Shown here piece after piece: positions 14,150 to 26,687 of a DNA stretch of 64,000 nucleotides. Position 1 is the stretch's first letter. Every line of letters begins with the position of its first letter. The stretch is from Azolla caroliniana (taxonomy: Eukaryota; Plantae; Polypodiophyta). The DNA lies in the NCBI GenBank assembly GCA_043228905.1, contig JBHGNT010000001.1, positions 18,414,001 through 18,478,000 on the forward strand. Reading direction: 5' to 3'. The notes beneath the pieces were generated by a model, which saw only the letters and a list, made by a program, of their open reading frames with translations, searched no databases and was not told the origin of the DNA. A program made the translations under genes and the position numbers.

Positions 14150-17100
14150 TATCCAAAACGATGGTGGAACAGGGAATAGAGAGAGTGCAATAGAGAGCCA
14201 CCTCAACGACACAACATGGGAACTCTAAAGAAGCATCCCCGCCAACAGAATCTAAGGAGTGGCCTCGACCAATCCTATTCTCACCAGAAGAAGAGGCTGA
14301 ATTCAAATTAGAGGTTCATCATCTAACTCAACTCTCCGTGATCTGCAGAGTGGTGGGAGCTATGCCGAATAGCGGTGACTGCAAAAGATTTATTACAAGC
14401 CTCTATGCTGCAAGAAATGGCGGCACCAACCAAGGGCATTACGACGTTATACGCCGAAGATATTAATATGCTGGAACGATTGGATGATACTGAGCTTCAG
14501 GCATACCTCGATGAAAACCCACGGATTGTGCCATTATTTGAAATTGACGTAATGGAATCCGCTGCGGAGTATGCTTCAAGAGGAGGAGTATGAGCCTGAT
14601 CCTGAGTCAATAATAGACTTAAGTAGGGCGCAAGAAGCGTTCGAAAAAGAAATGGAAATCTCGCGTCACGTCACCGCTTTTGCATTAGAAGAAGTCAACG
14701 TCGGAGAGACAAAGGTGCCGCTACTACTCTCAATTGCGAGGGATCTTACCTCAGGTGAGAGGACGACAATGACAGAACTGCTTTGGGAATATAGGGATGT
14801 TTTGCATGGTCACATGAGGACATGAAAGGGCTGGATCCGAAATTTTATCAGCATAAGATCAACTTGTCCACCGATGTGAAACCTGTGCAGCAGCGATGCT
14901 AACGAATGAACCCAAATTACGCAGCTCGCGTAAAAGAGGAAATTGACAATTTGTTGGAAGCAGGGTTCATTCGGCCGGTCAAACAAGACAGGTGGTTGAG
15001 TCCAATAGTCGTAGTGCTGAAGAAGAATGGCAAAATACACGTTTGTGTGGATTCCCGCAAGCTAAACGTTGTAACAATTACAGACGCGTTTCCCTTACCA
15101 TTTACAAATAGGTACTAGACGTCGTCACGGGCCATGGCATGTATAGTTTTTTGGATGGCTTCAGTGGATACAATCAAGTATGTATGCACCTTGATGACCA
15201 AGAAAAGACCGCGTTCGTGACAGACTGCGGCATGTTTGTTGCCGTAGTAACGATATTTGGTCTGAAAACGGCGTCCGCCACTTTCCAACGAACAATTGCG
15301 GTGATTTTTGGAGAATACATACCTGCATTTATGCAAGTTTTTCTCGATGACTTTGTGGTGTATGGAATGCGAGGGGAACATTTGGGGCATCTACAGCTTT
15401 GTTTGGAATGTTGTCGTACATCACGCCTCAGTCTTAATCCGGCGAAATGTGCATTTGGTGTCACCAGCGGAGCACTGCTCGGACTTATAGTAAGCAAGGA
15501 GGGGATAGTAGTAGACCCCAACAAAATCACAACAATCATCGAAGCGAGGACCCCAACTAATGCAAAAAGCCCTTACCCGTGTTTTAAGGAAAATATGTTG
15601 GCACAACCATATGTTACGATACTTGGCGGATTTTGCGACTCCAGTACACGCCGTCATACACCATACTCCTTTCAAGTGGATGGCAGTAGAAGACAAAGCG
15701 TATGAGGCACTAAAGATAATGCTAACTCAAGCACTAGTCGTACAACCACTACATTGGACGACACCTTTTCACGTATTTGTAGATGCCTTAGATATCACGA
15801 TAGGTAGTGCATTGATGCAGCTCACAGAGCCTAATTGGTACCTACCGGTTTATTATGCCCAGTCGTAAATTATCGGATGCCGAACGGAACTGCTCCACGA
15901 CTAAGCATGAAGCCTTGGGTATGATCTACATCATCAACAAATTCCAGCATTATCTACTCGGACGGAAATTTACGTTTCACGTAGACCATGTGGCATTACT
16001 CTACCTAGTCTAGAAGCAGACGTTGACAGGGAAGCTCACCAGATGGATGTTGCTGCTCCAAGAGTTCGACTTCGTGATTCAACATCGGCCGGGTACACAT
16101 CATGTCGTAGCTGACTTCTAAACCAGAATAGATAACGGTGATAACGCGTTGCGACAAGATGGTGACTTTCCCGACGCTGATATTCTACAGGTCGCGACCA
16201 CGGTGTCACGAGAAGAAAAGAATTTTCTGGATCATTGGCTCATGGAAATGACCTAATTTTTTACCACGGGGTTGCCACCACCACATCTACAGACGGACGA
16301 AAAGAAACGACTAGCAATCCGGAGTCGTAACTTCTATCTGGTCGAGGGTGTACTCTACCATAAAGGCAGCAATGGCATTTGGCAGCATGGAATACAGCAA
16401 GATGAGAAGGAAGCTATACTACGCAAAGCTCATTGTGGTACAACCGGAGGACATTACGCAAGTGATTTCATGACTAGAAAAGTATGGCAAGCGAGTCTTT
16501 GGTGGCCAACTATGCAAAAGGATGCGTATTAATACTGTAAACAATGTGATCTATGTCAACGCTTGGGGCAGCCTATGGAGCTCACAATAATGCCTCACCA
16601 ACCAGTACTTCCACTTGACCCATTCCAAAAATGGGGTCTCGATTTTGTCGGTCCCTTTACGCTGGTAGCAGCATGGACAGGCAACAAATACGTGCTCGTG
16701 GCCATAGATTACAGCACAAAGTGGGTCGAAGCCAAACCATTACGAGACAATACTACGATGTCTACGGTAAAATTCCTTCATGAACACATCTGGTGCCGTT
16801 TTGGTTGCCCAATAGAGTTCATAAGCGACCAAGGGAGCCATTTCTTGAATTTGGTCATCCACGAACTCACGCACCATTATGCCGTAGTACACAAGAAGAG
16901 TACGCCATATTGCCCACAGGCAAATGGGTTAGCAGAGTCCACGAACAAGCCATTACAGACTATCCTGAAAAAGATAGTGAATGAGAATAGAATAGACTAG
17001 GACACAAAGCTGCACAGCCCGTTGTCGGCATACCGAACGAGTTACAAAACAAGTATATAGTCCACGCCTTTCTGGTTAGCATTTGGGTTAGAGGCCATAA

Positions 17101-18628
17101 TGCCTAGTTTATGGATTCAAGTACGCGACAGATTGTCGGAAGGCCAGTCCGAGCAAATCCGGCTACAACAACCGCTCGAACTAGGCGAAGCTCGAGTCTG
17201 CAGCATGGCCATATTAGAACAAGAGCAACAACAATGTAAGGCGTGCGTAGATGGACATCGGGACAGATGAGAGAAAGACTTCAAGGTTGGGAAAGTCGTA
17301 TTAGTCTTTCAAACGCGCATGGGGCCAATGCCAGGAAAGTTACGATTCCACTAGACAGGGCCGTAATGGATAATTGGGGTGGGAAATGGGACCTTTTAAT
17401 TAGGTACACTCACCGGAGAAGTGTTATGCCAAAAAGTGAACGGATTTTGACTGAAGCCTTACCTAGGATTTACGCCTCCAAACCCGTTTCCCGCTGTAAT
17501 GGACACCGCGGATGGATCCCACAGTAACCAATAGTCGGGACCCACAGGTAACAAATGTAACAATAATGTTGTACCAGTAACCGTTGGAGAAAAAAAAGGA
17601 AAAAATGAAAAAAGAGAGAAGATATTCATGACTATCAAAAGGACTTTATGCATGCACAAGTTCCAAAAACAAGAACAAGCGTCGCCACGATGTCACACAG
17701 GCCAATGAACCCTAATGAACAAAAAGAAGGAAATAGAAGGTTTTCTGCACATTACAGAAAACAACCTCCCTCCTCTCCTCGCTCTCCTCGTGCTCCTCGT
17801 TCTCCTTGCTCTCCTGCATACCGCAGACACCACGCACAACGCAACTCACGTGCTTCACCCGTCCAGCTCTCTCCGCACAAACCCTGTCCACCCACGACGT
17901 TGATCATCATCTCTGCAGCCTTGCACAGGTGGCTCCTAGAAAAGGGGTTTGACAGGTACATCCGGGTAGCAGATGCACAACCGCACCCCGATGCACTAGA
18001 CATCTCTAGGAAGTTCAACATTGACACGGTGACGAATGCTTGTATCTGGAAGAAGTTGTGTCTATTTGCAACAGGCAAGAAGCACTTCGAAATACCTTGA
18101 TCTAACAAACTGGAGAAGTATTTTGGACAATACTCGACATTCACCAAGGCATACAAAACAAAGAAAATCTCAGATCCCTTTTTTCGGGAGATTGCAAAGT
18201 TCTTGCTGGAAGTCGGATGCGTACATGTTAATGCCTACAGAATGCCAAAACAAAAGGCAGGCATTATCATCGACACATTCGAAGGTCACACAGTAGATTG
18301 GGGAGTAATTACGGGATCAGCGTTGTGAGAGGAACTTCACGCATATCAAGTTGGAAAGAAGGTAAGGACGATTATTCAACAATACCTTGCGGTACTATTT
18401 CCACTGCTCCGATGAATAGCAAACCTACGCCTCCGCCACGATATCTGTGAAAACGACGACTAGCAGAATTGGCAACCACGGAATGGGAAGAAGAACCACA
18501 ACCTTCCCACTTCGTCGTGGAACCAACGTGGCCGGAGCAGCCAGCAGAGACCATCAAAGCAATGACAACAATCAGTGAGCAGGACCTAGAGATCAACTGC
18601 GGAAGCCCAAAGCCTAAGCATCGTAGGC
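14150..18628 (+). mobile_element. Degenerate Athila-like (non-chromovirus) Ty3/gypsy F1: RT, RH, INT and part of an extra 3' ORF
   Basis: MNPNYAARVKEEID, WLSPIVVV, YSFLDGFSGYNQ, FLDDF, RWMLLLQEFDF, PFQKWGLDFVGPF, ISDQGSHF; no LTR or PBS seen; lineage label is inference. Confidence 0.82.
17648..18628 (+). pseudogene. Extra ORF downstream of integrase in F1, broken
   Basis: Homologous to 37997-38950 (RWL..KGF..YI, NIDT, DPFFREIAKFLLEV, DWG.ITG). Confidence 0.7.
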
Positions 18629-20316
18629 TGTAAAGAGCTAGCGTATTCTAAGAGTACCATTTTTTATATAGTTTATCTTCTCTAATCTTGGTGTCCTGTC
18701 CATTGGCTTATTAGTGTCTTGTTTCGGTGTCTCATCTCTATACAAGACGGCGTTACAGTAAACGCAAGGTAAGTACGCGTTGGGTGCTACTCCCTAAGAA
18801 GTCCTTTCACGTGTTCGTGGATGCATCCGACATAGCCATCGAGAGCGCACTCATACAACTAACTGAGCCGAACTAGTATCGACTAGTGTACTATTATAGC
18901 CGCAAATTAATGGACATCAAACGTAATTACTCCATGACAAAGCATGAAGCATTAGGAATGATATATAGCGTTAACAAATTTTGGCATTACTGTGTTTTGC
19001 TATGCCATTACACGCAGTGGTGCATCGCACTCCTTTCAAGTGGACGACAACGAAATTAGCAGTAAAAGTAACGCTTACGCAGGCTCCAGTTGTACAGCCT
19101 CCGTTCTGGACGAAGTCATTTCACGTGTTCATGGATGCATCCGACATAGCCATCCAGAGCGCACTCATGCGGGTAATTGAGCCGAACTAGTATCGATCAG
19201 TGTACTACTCTAGCCGCAAATTAATGGACATCAAACGTAATTACTCCATGACAGAGCATGAAGCATTAGGAATGATATATAGCGTTAACAAATTTCGGCA
19301 TTACCTAGTTGGTTGCAAGTTCACCTTTCACGTTGATCACACGACACTACTTTATCTCGTCTCAAAATAGTCAATGACTGGGAAGCTGGCCTGGTGAATG
19401 CTACTCTTGCATGAGTTTGAGTTCGAAATACAGCACCGGCTAGGGAACCAACATGCGGTGGAAGATTATCTAAGCAGGATAAAAAATGGCGAGGAAGCGG
19501 TTGAAGGGCACGATGACTTTCCAAATACTGGAATCTTGCGTATTTCGGGAAGTGATGCCGAAGAAGGCACGAACTTCCTGGACAAATGGCTAAAGGAAAT
19601 GACCTATTTCTTAAGTACATGGTTAACACCTCCACGCTCACGTTGTCGTGAAGAAAACCGTCCCTTGGCGCAATCGGTGCATAGCGCGCGTAAACCGGCT
19701 CTTCACACGTGCGCGCCCTTAATGTATATAATAGAGATTAAGTACGTAGGTATATCCGGGGTAGTTAGATTCGGTAGGTAGGACGTAAATGAGGGGGGGG
19801 GACGGCTCCCTTCTGGACGCTATAAAGGAGAAGGAGACGCAGAGAGAAAGGGATCGCGCATTAGGGAGGACAAAGTGCTGTCGGACCGAAAACGGAACGC
19901 TTCTCCTCAGATTCGTTCTCCATCGCTCTTCTCTACAGGGTTTTCGGGAGGCTCGCGTTGCTTCGAGGAACGCCCGTGTGCTTCCGGCAGCACCTCCACC
20001 CTTTCCCCCTTTCGTGCGCAGACGAACAGGCATCGGCATCTGTTCGCCGGCCTATTCAGTTGTAACCGCTCGCGTGCTCCGTTGTGTATTTGGTATTTGT
20101 TAATATACAAACACTTGTGTGTCCCTGTCTCTGTGTCCATTCGCGTCTTTTGTGTTGACGGGCCGTGCCCCCCCCCCCCCCCCCTGCGTTTCTTTGCTCA
20201 TACGTGACCGGGCGTCTCTCTCTTTCTCTTTCCCCTTCTATCACCTACTCTTCGGTTCAAGACCTCGGTGGTCCCGCCTCGTTTCTCCACGCACGCGCAT
20301 AACAACGCGACATCTT

Positions 20317-20334
20317 TGGTGAACCCGACGTGAA
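20317..20334 (+). promoter_or_regulatory. PBS complementary to tRNA-Trp (element G)
   Basis: TGGTGAACCCGACGTGAA is the reverse complement of the plant tRNA-Trp(CCA) 3' end as recalled; identical in H and I. Confidence 0.88.
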
Positions 20335-20356
20335 ACAGGCGGCAGAGGAGCAGAAG

Positions 20357-22481
20357 ATGAGGGGGTCGGATCTTGGAGAGGCCATGGCTTCGGCCGTGGA
20401 CCGGATAGTGAGCGCACGCGAGGGCACCGGCGCCCTTGACAGGGCTATTGAGGCGATCGTCGGTATGATCGGCCAGTTTAGTGGAAAGGATGCCAGGAGT
20501 TATTTGGCGTCCTACTGGGCGGAGATGTTGATGAGGGATATTCCGGAAGAGAGGCGTCTTGCCGGATTCCCTCGAGTGGCGATGTCGGACATCCATGCGG
20601 AGGTGCGAAGTCCGGGCAGAGAGCCGGACCTAGGAGGAGTTCGAAGGACGGCTCCTGGAGAAATACGGGCGGGATGACGCGCTTCGACTTTCGAAGCGGG
20701 GCTTCATGGAGTGGGTGGAGTCCCCTAACAAAGGAAGAAATGCGTCGGTACTCCTCCGGGAGTTTGAGGAACGCTTTGCGCGCCTTTCGGCGCTCGATTG
20801 GACCGTTCTGGACACAAGTCGTGTCCTACTGTTTGTCAAATCGGTTGACGCGCAGGATCAGGGGCAAGTGGGCTCCTTACTGGAAACCGAAGACGGGCTG
20901 ACAGCCGATTGGGCCGTAGTAAAAAGAGTCTGCGGCCGTTTTGACAAGCGGTGGGAGTGGGCTGATATAGAGGCGACCGGAGCGGGACCTGTTGCAACAA
21001 GGAAGCTCGAACCGATACCGCAGGCGTGAAGGGAAGAGACCCGGGAGTGGCTCGAGACCGGTTCGGCTTCGACCGGCGTGATCAGAGGCTCGTCTGGGGG
21101 AACAGCTCTGGAGGAGTTGACGCGAGCGGTAAAGGATCTCCAGATCGCCCAGGCTCGGAGGGAAGGTGGCAATCAGGCTCGTGAGCGACGGCCTCCGGCA
21201 GGAAGTAGGTGCATGTGGTGCGACGAGGTCGGCCACATCCGGAAAGACTGCGGGGACTTTATGGAGGCTTTGAGAAGTCGGGTAGTGTACCTGTGGGAAG
21301 GTCGGGTGCATGCCAGCGATACTCGGAGGGCCCTGAACCGAAACGATGGGAGAGGAGGAATGAAAAGGCTGATGGAAGAGTCGGTAGCCCAGCACGCGGA
21401 GACCGTCCACTACTCAGCATCGGCCGGTATTCGGGTTGGAGGCAGCGAAGCCCGGAAGGAGAGCAAAGCCGGGTTCTGGCCGACGGTGCTAGAAGGCCTC
21501 GCCAGTGCCCGACTAAAGAAAGACGAAGCGAAGCGCGCGAAGAAACGGGTCCAGGAGGTAATCGGGTGGAGTGACCCGGTCGAAGAAAAGACGGGTTTCG
21601 TCGAAGCAGCTTGCCAGAACTACGAGGCTCTGGTTGAAGACAAACGGGTAAGTAAAACCGGAGGGGCCGGACCCTCACAGAGATAGGAAACCCGATTCGG
21701 GCCGAAACGGAACGAGGCCGGTGAGTCCAGTGCCCGAGATAACCACAAGAAGGGCAGGTACCGTTTGGGCACGGAGATCGAAATGACCACGGACCTACGA
21801 AAGGTCCTGGAAGAACGAATCCTCGACAGCAAAGTGGAACTGTCGTTGCGGGAGGTGCTCGGAATCGCCAAGAAGGAGTTCCACGACTCCATCGTGGACT
21901 TGGTGAAGAGGAAGAGGCTGTCGACGAAGGCGGAATCGGAAAGGCCGGTGGAGGTGCGGACGGCGCACATAGAGGACATGGCGCTGGAAGACGAGTGGGC
22001 GGAGAGCCACTATTCGAGGCCACACTGGGCCCGAGCGACCACGGAAACCCCGTTGAAGATCGGAGATGTTCAGGAACCGGTGGTGGCGCTGGTGGACCAC
22101 GGTTCTGAAATAAACCTGATGTCCATGGACTTCCACAGGAAGGGGAAATGGCCGATCAACACTAAGAACGGGTGGAAGATACGGGCGGCGACGCGTGCCA
22201 TCGAGGAACTACATGGGGCCTGCCCAAACGTGCGAGTCAAGATTGGCGACGTCGAGATAGATCAACATTTCTTCGTGCAGGAGACGTCCTCGCACCCAGT
22301 CATACTGGGAGAACCGTACATTACGGCAGCGCGGTTGGAGACCAAGGTGCTGGACAACGGGTCGGCCTACGCGAGGGTCAAGAGTCAGGACGGACGTCAT
22401 TCGGTCCAGTTCCTGACGGTGCGACCGAACCACGAGCGAAACCGCGAGTCCCTCGGTGGCGAGAACCGAGACGATTTTTAG
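20357..22481 (+). pseudogene. G gag-protease ORF1 (interrupted)
   Basis: ORF pieces 20330-20677, 20706-21029, 21078-21686 (zinc knuckle) and 21765-22481 (aspartic protease). Confidence 0.85.
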
Positions 22482-24028
22482 AGAGGGCTGTCAAGGCGTG
22501 GGGCCACGACAGTCTAGACACTCCGGGAAAACCCCACGAACGTACGATAGAGGCGAAACCGAAGAAACCTTGTACCATAAGTAGGAAGTTTTGTTTCTCC
22601 GACAACAGAGGGTGTACGATAGTCGGCGTCGTAGGCCGAGAAAAGACAAGGGCAGAAGAGCGACTTCGGGCGTGCGGAGTTCTCGGGCCCAGCGAGGAAA
22701 TCAACGGAGCCGTGGAGGCGGTCTCCTTCGACGATACCTTGGGAATACTGTGAGAGGTGGTCGGAGAGGGCCTTAAAGAAGACCGGACGATACCGGCTTG
22801 TTCGGAAGAGATGTACGAAGTCATCGCGGACTTCGGTCGAGGGCTCGAGTCTGATCGGACGGCTCGGGTTAACACAAAGTACAAAACTGTGGACCGGAAG
22901 GTAAGGCCAGTCGCGGCACCCTTACCGGAGGGCAGGAAGTTGCGAATAAAAGGGGTCGCGTCAGACCCCAGTTTACGTGATCCGGCCTGCATAGGACACA
23001 CCTTCACCGACAGAATGCTACGGGAGCTCAAAATCGGTGGGGGCGGGTTCCTATTGCCAGCGGAAGAAGACCGGTTTCGGAGAATGCTCGGAAGGCACGG
23101 GAAAGCCTTCGCATTCTCACCGGAAGAAATCGGGTGCGTAGACCCGACAGTCGTAAAGCCGATGGTGATATTCACGGTACCGCATGTGCCGTGGAACCTC
23201 AAACCAATTTCGGTACCAAGAGCTCACATCCCGGAGCTGATGGAGCGGTTGAGGCAGAAAGTCGATATGGGCATCCTCGAACCGTCGAGTGCCCCGTACT
23301 CGAACCGGTGGTTTACCATGCCGAAGTAGAACGGTGTCGTGCCTTTCGGCTCCGGATCGTTGCGTGAGTCGGGTGGGAACCGCCGAGGTTTTGGACTAGG
23401 AGGAGGAAGAATTTGAGGCTAATCTAGTTATGAATATGAATAGATTATAAGAAAGAGATATAGAAACTTGTGAATCCCACAAGTATAATTGTTTTAGTTT
23501 ATCTAAATCGTAGTAATAAATTGAAATAATTTAGAATAGATTAGAGTAGATTGAGAAAAGAGATCAAACCTTGTGAATCCCACAAGTATTACATTAATCA
23601 ATATTTATGTAAGAATATGAATTTAGATTGAAAGAGATAGATTATCTTAAACTTCGTGAATCCCACGAGTATATTTTATTGATTGTTGGTGTTTTAGGAA
23701 ATATATCCAATTTCCCAAATATTTTTCACACCTATTACATTGTGCTCCCCATCCTTATGTAGTGATGGGAGAGACTAAGCATAGCTACATGCTTTTTTTC
23801 TAATATGTTCATGCACACTAAATGTGCATGTGATGCTTTTCTAATCCTTGCTTTTATTTGCTAAATATAGTGCTCATGCACGCTAGATGTGCACGAGTCA
23901 CTTTTTAGTTGCTTGCGTTTTTTTCTATAAAATATTCACACACTCTAAAAATGCACGATTTACCTTTTAATAAAGGTAGGCGCAAATAAAGCACTAATAG
24001 TTATTAAATCTATTTATAGAACACTAAA

Positions 24029-24099
24029 GATAAGGTAGTATAATGGTAAAGTTGAGGTTTGGCTACGTGGAGGTACAGGGTTCGAATCTTGCCCTATGC
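24029..24099 (+). ncRNA. tRNA-derived A/B-box cassette in 3' LTR of I (second copy 26515-26585)
   Basis: A box TAGTATAATGG 24036-24046, B box GGTTCGAATC 24079-24088, tRNA-like spacing, acceptor remnant ATAAGG/CCCTAT, TTTT near 24125; transcription not shown. Confidence 0.65.
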
Positions 24100-24153
24100 A
24101 CGTGATAAATATCTTGATATATTATTTTATTTATTTATATGTAATTAAATCAG

Positions 24154-25782
24154 TTATATTATTTTTACTTTTTCACGTAGTGTACGAAATACACTACGAC
24201 ACTCGCCCCCTCCGAACCCGCACATCCTCCGGTATGTGCCGAAGTTGCCGATGCTCGTTGTCTCCCCTTCATCCTCCGTTTGTCCCGCTATGTCAACTTT
24301 GTCTCTCCATTTTGAGTAGACCCATTCTTTCCACCCGAACCATTGTCGCCATCCGATCCACCATATTCTTTGTTCATTCTTTGCATTGCCATGAGTGGTT
24401 GTCATGGTCCCTTGTGGTACTCTTGAGCATCTCGGTGTGTTGTCTCTCTCCACTCCGCGCTTGTCTTCCGTAGGTTCTACCCACGCGTCGATGTCGACCT
24501 CCGAATACGCGCTCGCTGTTAGGTCCTTGTGCGGCTTTAATGCATGCTTTATTTCTCGATGTTGCGCATGCGTCGTATTAGGCCGTAGCGCATGCTTCGT
24601 ATTCCATCGTAGTGCATGCGCCGTATTACCCCGTAGTGCATACTTATTTTTGCACCGTAGCGCGTGCTTCTTTTTGCGCCGTAGCGTGTGCTTCTCTTTA
24701 CGCCGTAGCACGTGCTTCTTTTGGTGCCGTAGTGCGTGCTCCGTATTACATGCTTCTCCCATCGTAGACCCGACCTTCGCGTTGTCATGCTTTTGTTTAC
24801 ATCGGAATTTCAGACGGATCATCTTCCATCCGAACCGGCTTCCGACTTTACCTTCCTTGTTGCCACCTCCCGTCTCTCCGGTCTCACGTTGGTTCTCGGA
24901 CACAACCGCCGAAGTCTCTAGAATTAGTGGGTAGGAATCCTCGGTATTATCATCTTCCGTTGTTTCACCCATAGCCATGTTCTCCTTGGCTATCTCTCCT
25001 TCGTATGCATCGGCTTCGACCTTCGTTTCGTTGCCGCCACTTTCCTTATCTTCGGTGTTATGTCGACACCCGGGCTCCAGTACCGAAGTCTCCGAAACAA
25101 TGGTGAAGGAATCCCTTCGTTCGTGCTCATTTACTTTGTCTTCCTCGTTGCCCTTCCGGTCCTCCACTTTTCCACCGACACATTCCGTCTCTCCGGTCTC
25201 ACGTTGGTGCACGGGCACAGCCGCCGAAGTCTCTGGAACCGGTGTGGGGATACCCTTTCGTCCTCGATCTTCCTCCTCCTCGTCCTTTGTTGGCCTCGAC
25301 TTTGGTTCGGTTTTAAGCTCCCCTTCAATGTCGACTTGCGACTTTTCATGCATCTCCGAACCCTTCCGCATCAAGCTCTCCTTCGGTGGTAGTCGGTGGC
25401 CGCTTTTCACCCACTGTTGACTGCCGTTCGTGGACCATGTCCTCGTCCGCTTCGGTCTTAGATAGTCATATGTGTCTCGTATAGCTTCTTCAAAGGACTC
25501 CCACATCGGGCTTTGTTGTCGTATCTCGTGGATTCTCTCTTGAAGCTCATCCGTAGCCACCCGGTTGAAAGATAACACTTGCAATCTTTCTGAGATACCA
25601 TATCGCAACATCTCCATTTTGTAGTCACGTAGATAGCGTGACACGTCCTTTCCATCGAATTGCCCGTTCTGTTGCACGAGCCGTTGTACTACTGTCGTGA
25701 TCTCCGACATCTCGCGTTGTTCTTGTAGCATTCTCTCGAACATCATCATCATCATGTTCATCGCCTCTTGTTGATTCTCCAT
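24154..25782 (-). CDS. Gag-derived protein of element I with acidic repeats and 9 basic 8-aa repeats
   Basis: Uninterrupted ORF; N-terminal GQFDGKDVSRYLRDYKMEML aligns with G gag GQFSGKDARSYLASYWAEML; first ATG at 25782. Confidence 0.75.
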   Translation of the reverse strand: MENQQEAMNMMMMMFERMLQEQREMSEITTVVQRLVQQNGQFDGKDVSRYLRDYKMEMLRYGISERLQVLSFNRVATDELQERIHEIRQQSPMWESFEEAIRDTYDYLRPKRTRTWSTNGSQQWVKSGHRLPPKESLMRKGSEMHEKSQVDIEGELKTEPKSRPTKDEEEEDRGRKGIPTPVPETSAAVPVHQRETGETECVGGKVEDRKGNEEDKVNEHERRDSFTIVSETSVLEPGCRHNTEDKESGGNETKVEADAYEGEIAKENMAMGETTEDDNTEDSYPLILETSAVVSENQRETGETGGGNKEGKVGSRFGWKMIRLKFRCKQKHDNAKVGSTMGEACNTEHALRHQKKHVLRRKEKHTLRRKKKHALRCKNKYALRGNTAHALRWNTKHALRPNTTHAQHREIKHALKPHKDLTASAYSEVDIDAWVEPTEDKRGVERDNTPRCSRVPQGTMTTTHGNAKNEQRIWWIGWRQWFGWKEWVYSKWRDKVDIAGQTEDEGETTSIGNFGTYRRMCGFGGGECRSVFRTLREKVKII

Positions 25783-26687
25783 CTCCTTGCCACCCGCCTT
25801 CACGTCGGGTTCACCAACTGTGTCGTACCTTTCGGCTCCGGATCGTTGCGTGAGTCGGGTGGGAACCGCCGAGGTTTTGGACTAGGAGGAGGAAGAATTT
25901 GAGGCTAATCTAGTTATGAATATGAATAGATTATAAGAAAGAGATATAGAAACTTGTGAATCCCACAAGTATAATTGTTTTAGTTTATCTAAATCGTAGT
26001 AATAAATTGAAATAATTTAGAATAGATTAGAGTAGATTGAGAAAAGAGATCAAACCTTGTGAATCCCACAAGTATTACATTAATCAATATTTATGTAAGA
26101 ATATGAATTTAGATTGAAAGAGATAGATTATCTTAAACTTCGTGAATCCCACGAGTATATTTTATTGATTGTTGGTGTTTTAGGAAATATATCCAATTTC
26201 CCAAATATTTTTCACACCTATTACATTGTGCTCCCCATCCTTATGTAGTGATGGGAGAGACTAAGCATAGCTACATGCTTTTTTTCTAATATGTTCATGC
26301 ACACTAAATGTGCATGTGATGCTTTTCTAATCCTTGCTTTTATTTGCTAAATATAGTGCTCATGCACGCTAGATGTGCACGAGTCACTTTTTAGTTGCTT
26401 GCGTTTTTTTCTATAAAATATTCACACACTCTAAAAATGCACGATTTACCTTTTAATAAAGGTAGGCGCAAATAAAGCACTTATAGTTATTAAATCTATT
26501 TATAGAACACTAAAGATAAGGTAGTATAATGGTAAAGTTGAGGTTTGGCTACGTGGAGGTACAGGGTTCGAATCTTGCCCTATGCACGTGATAAATATCT
26601 TGATATATTATTTTATTTATTTATATGTAATTAAATCAGTTATATTATTTTTACTTTTTCACGTAGTGTACGAAATACACTACGACA

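Larger units (their letters stand above)
23335..26687 (-). mobile_element. Non-autonomous gag-only LTR element I (LTRs 23335-24201 and 25821-26687)
   Basis: 867-bp LTRs nearly identical (about 2 differences noticed), 4-bp TSD ACGG, Trp PBS 25799-25816, PPT GGAGGGGGCGAG 24202-24213; no RT or INT. Confidence 0.95.

Noticed and set aside
18629-18757. 129-bp TGTAA..TTACA segment as a mini solo LTR
   Set aside because: Flanks do not form a TSD and no second copy is present; unresolved
20254-20264. B-box-like GGTTCAAGACC near the 3' end of the G LTR
   Set aside because: No suitably spaced A box; may be chance
21259-23202. Long antisense ORFs (21259-22023, 22378-23202)
   Set aside because: Shadows of GC-rich gag/pol coding sequence with no recognisable motifs
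24029-24099. Calling the LTR cassettes functional tRNA genes
   Set aside because: Anticodon and acceptor stems do not pair properly; only the promoter boxes, spacing and part of the T arm are retained
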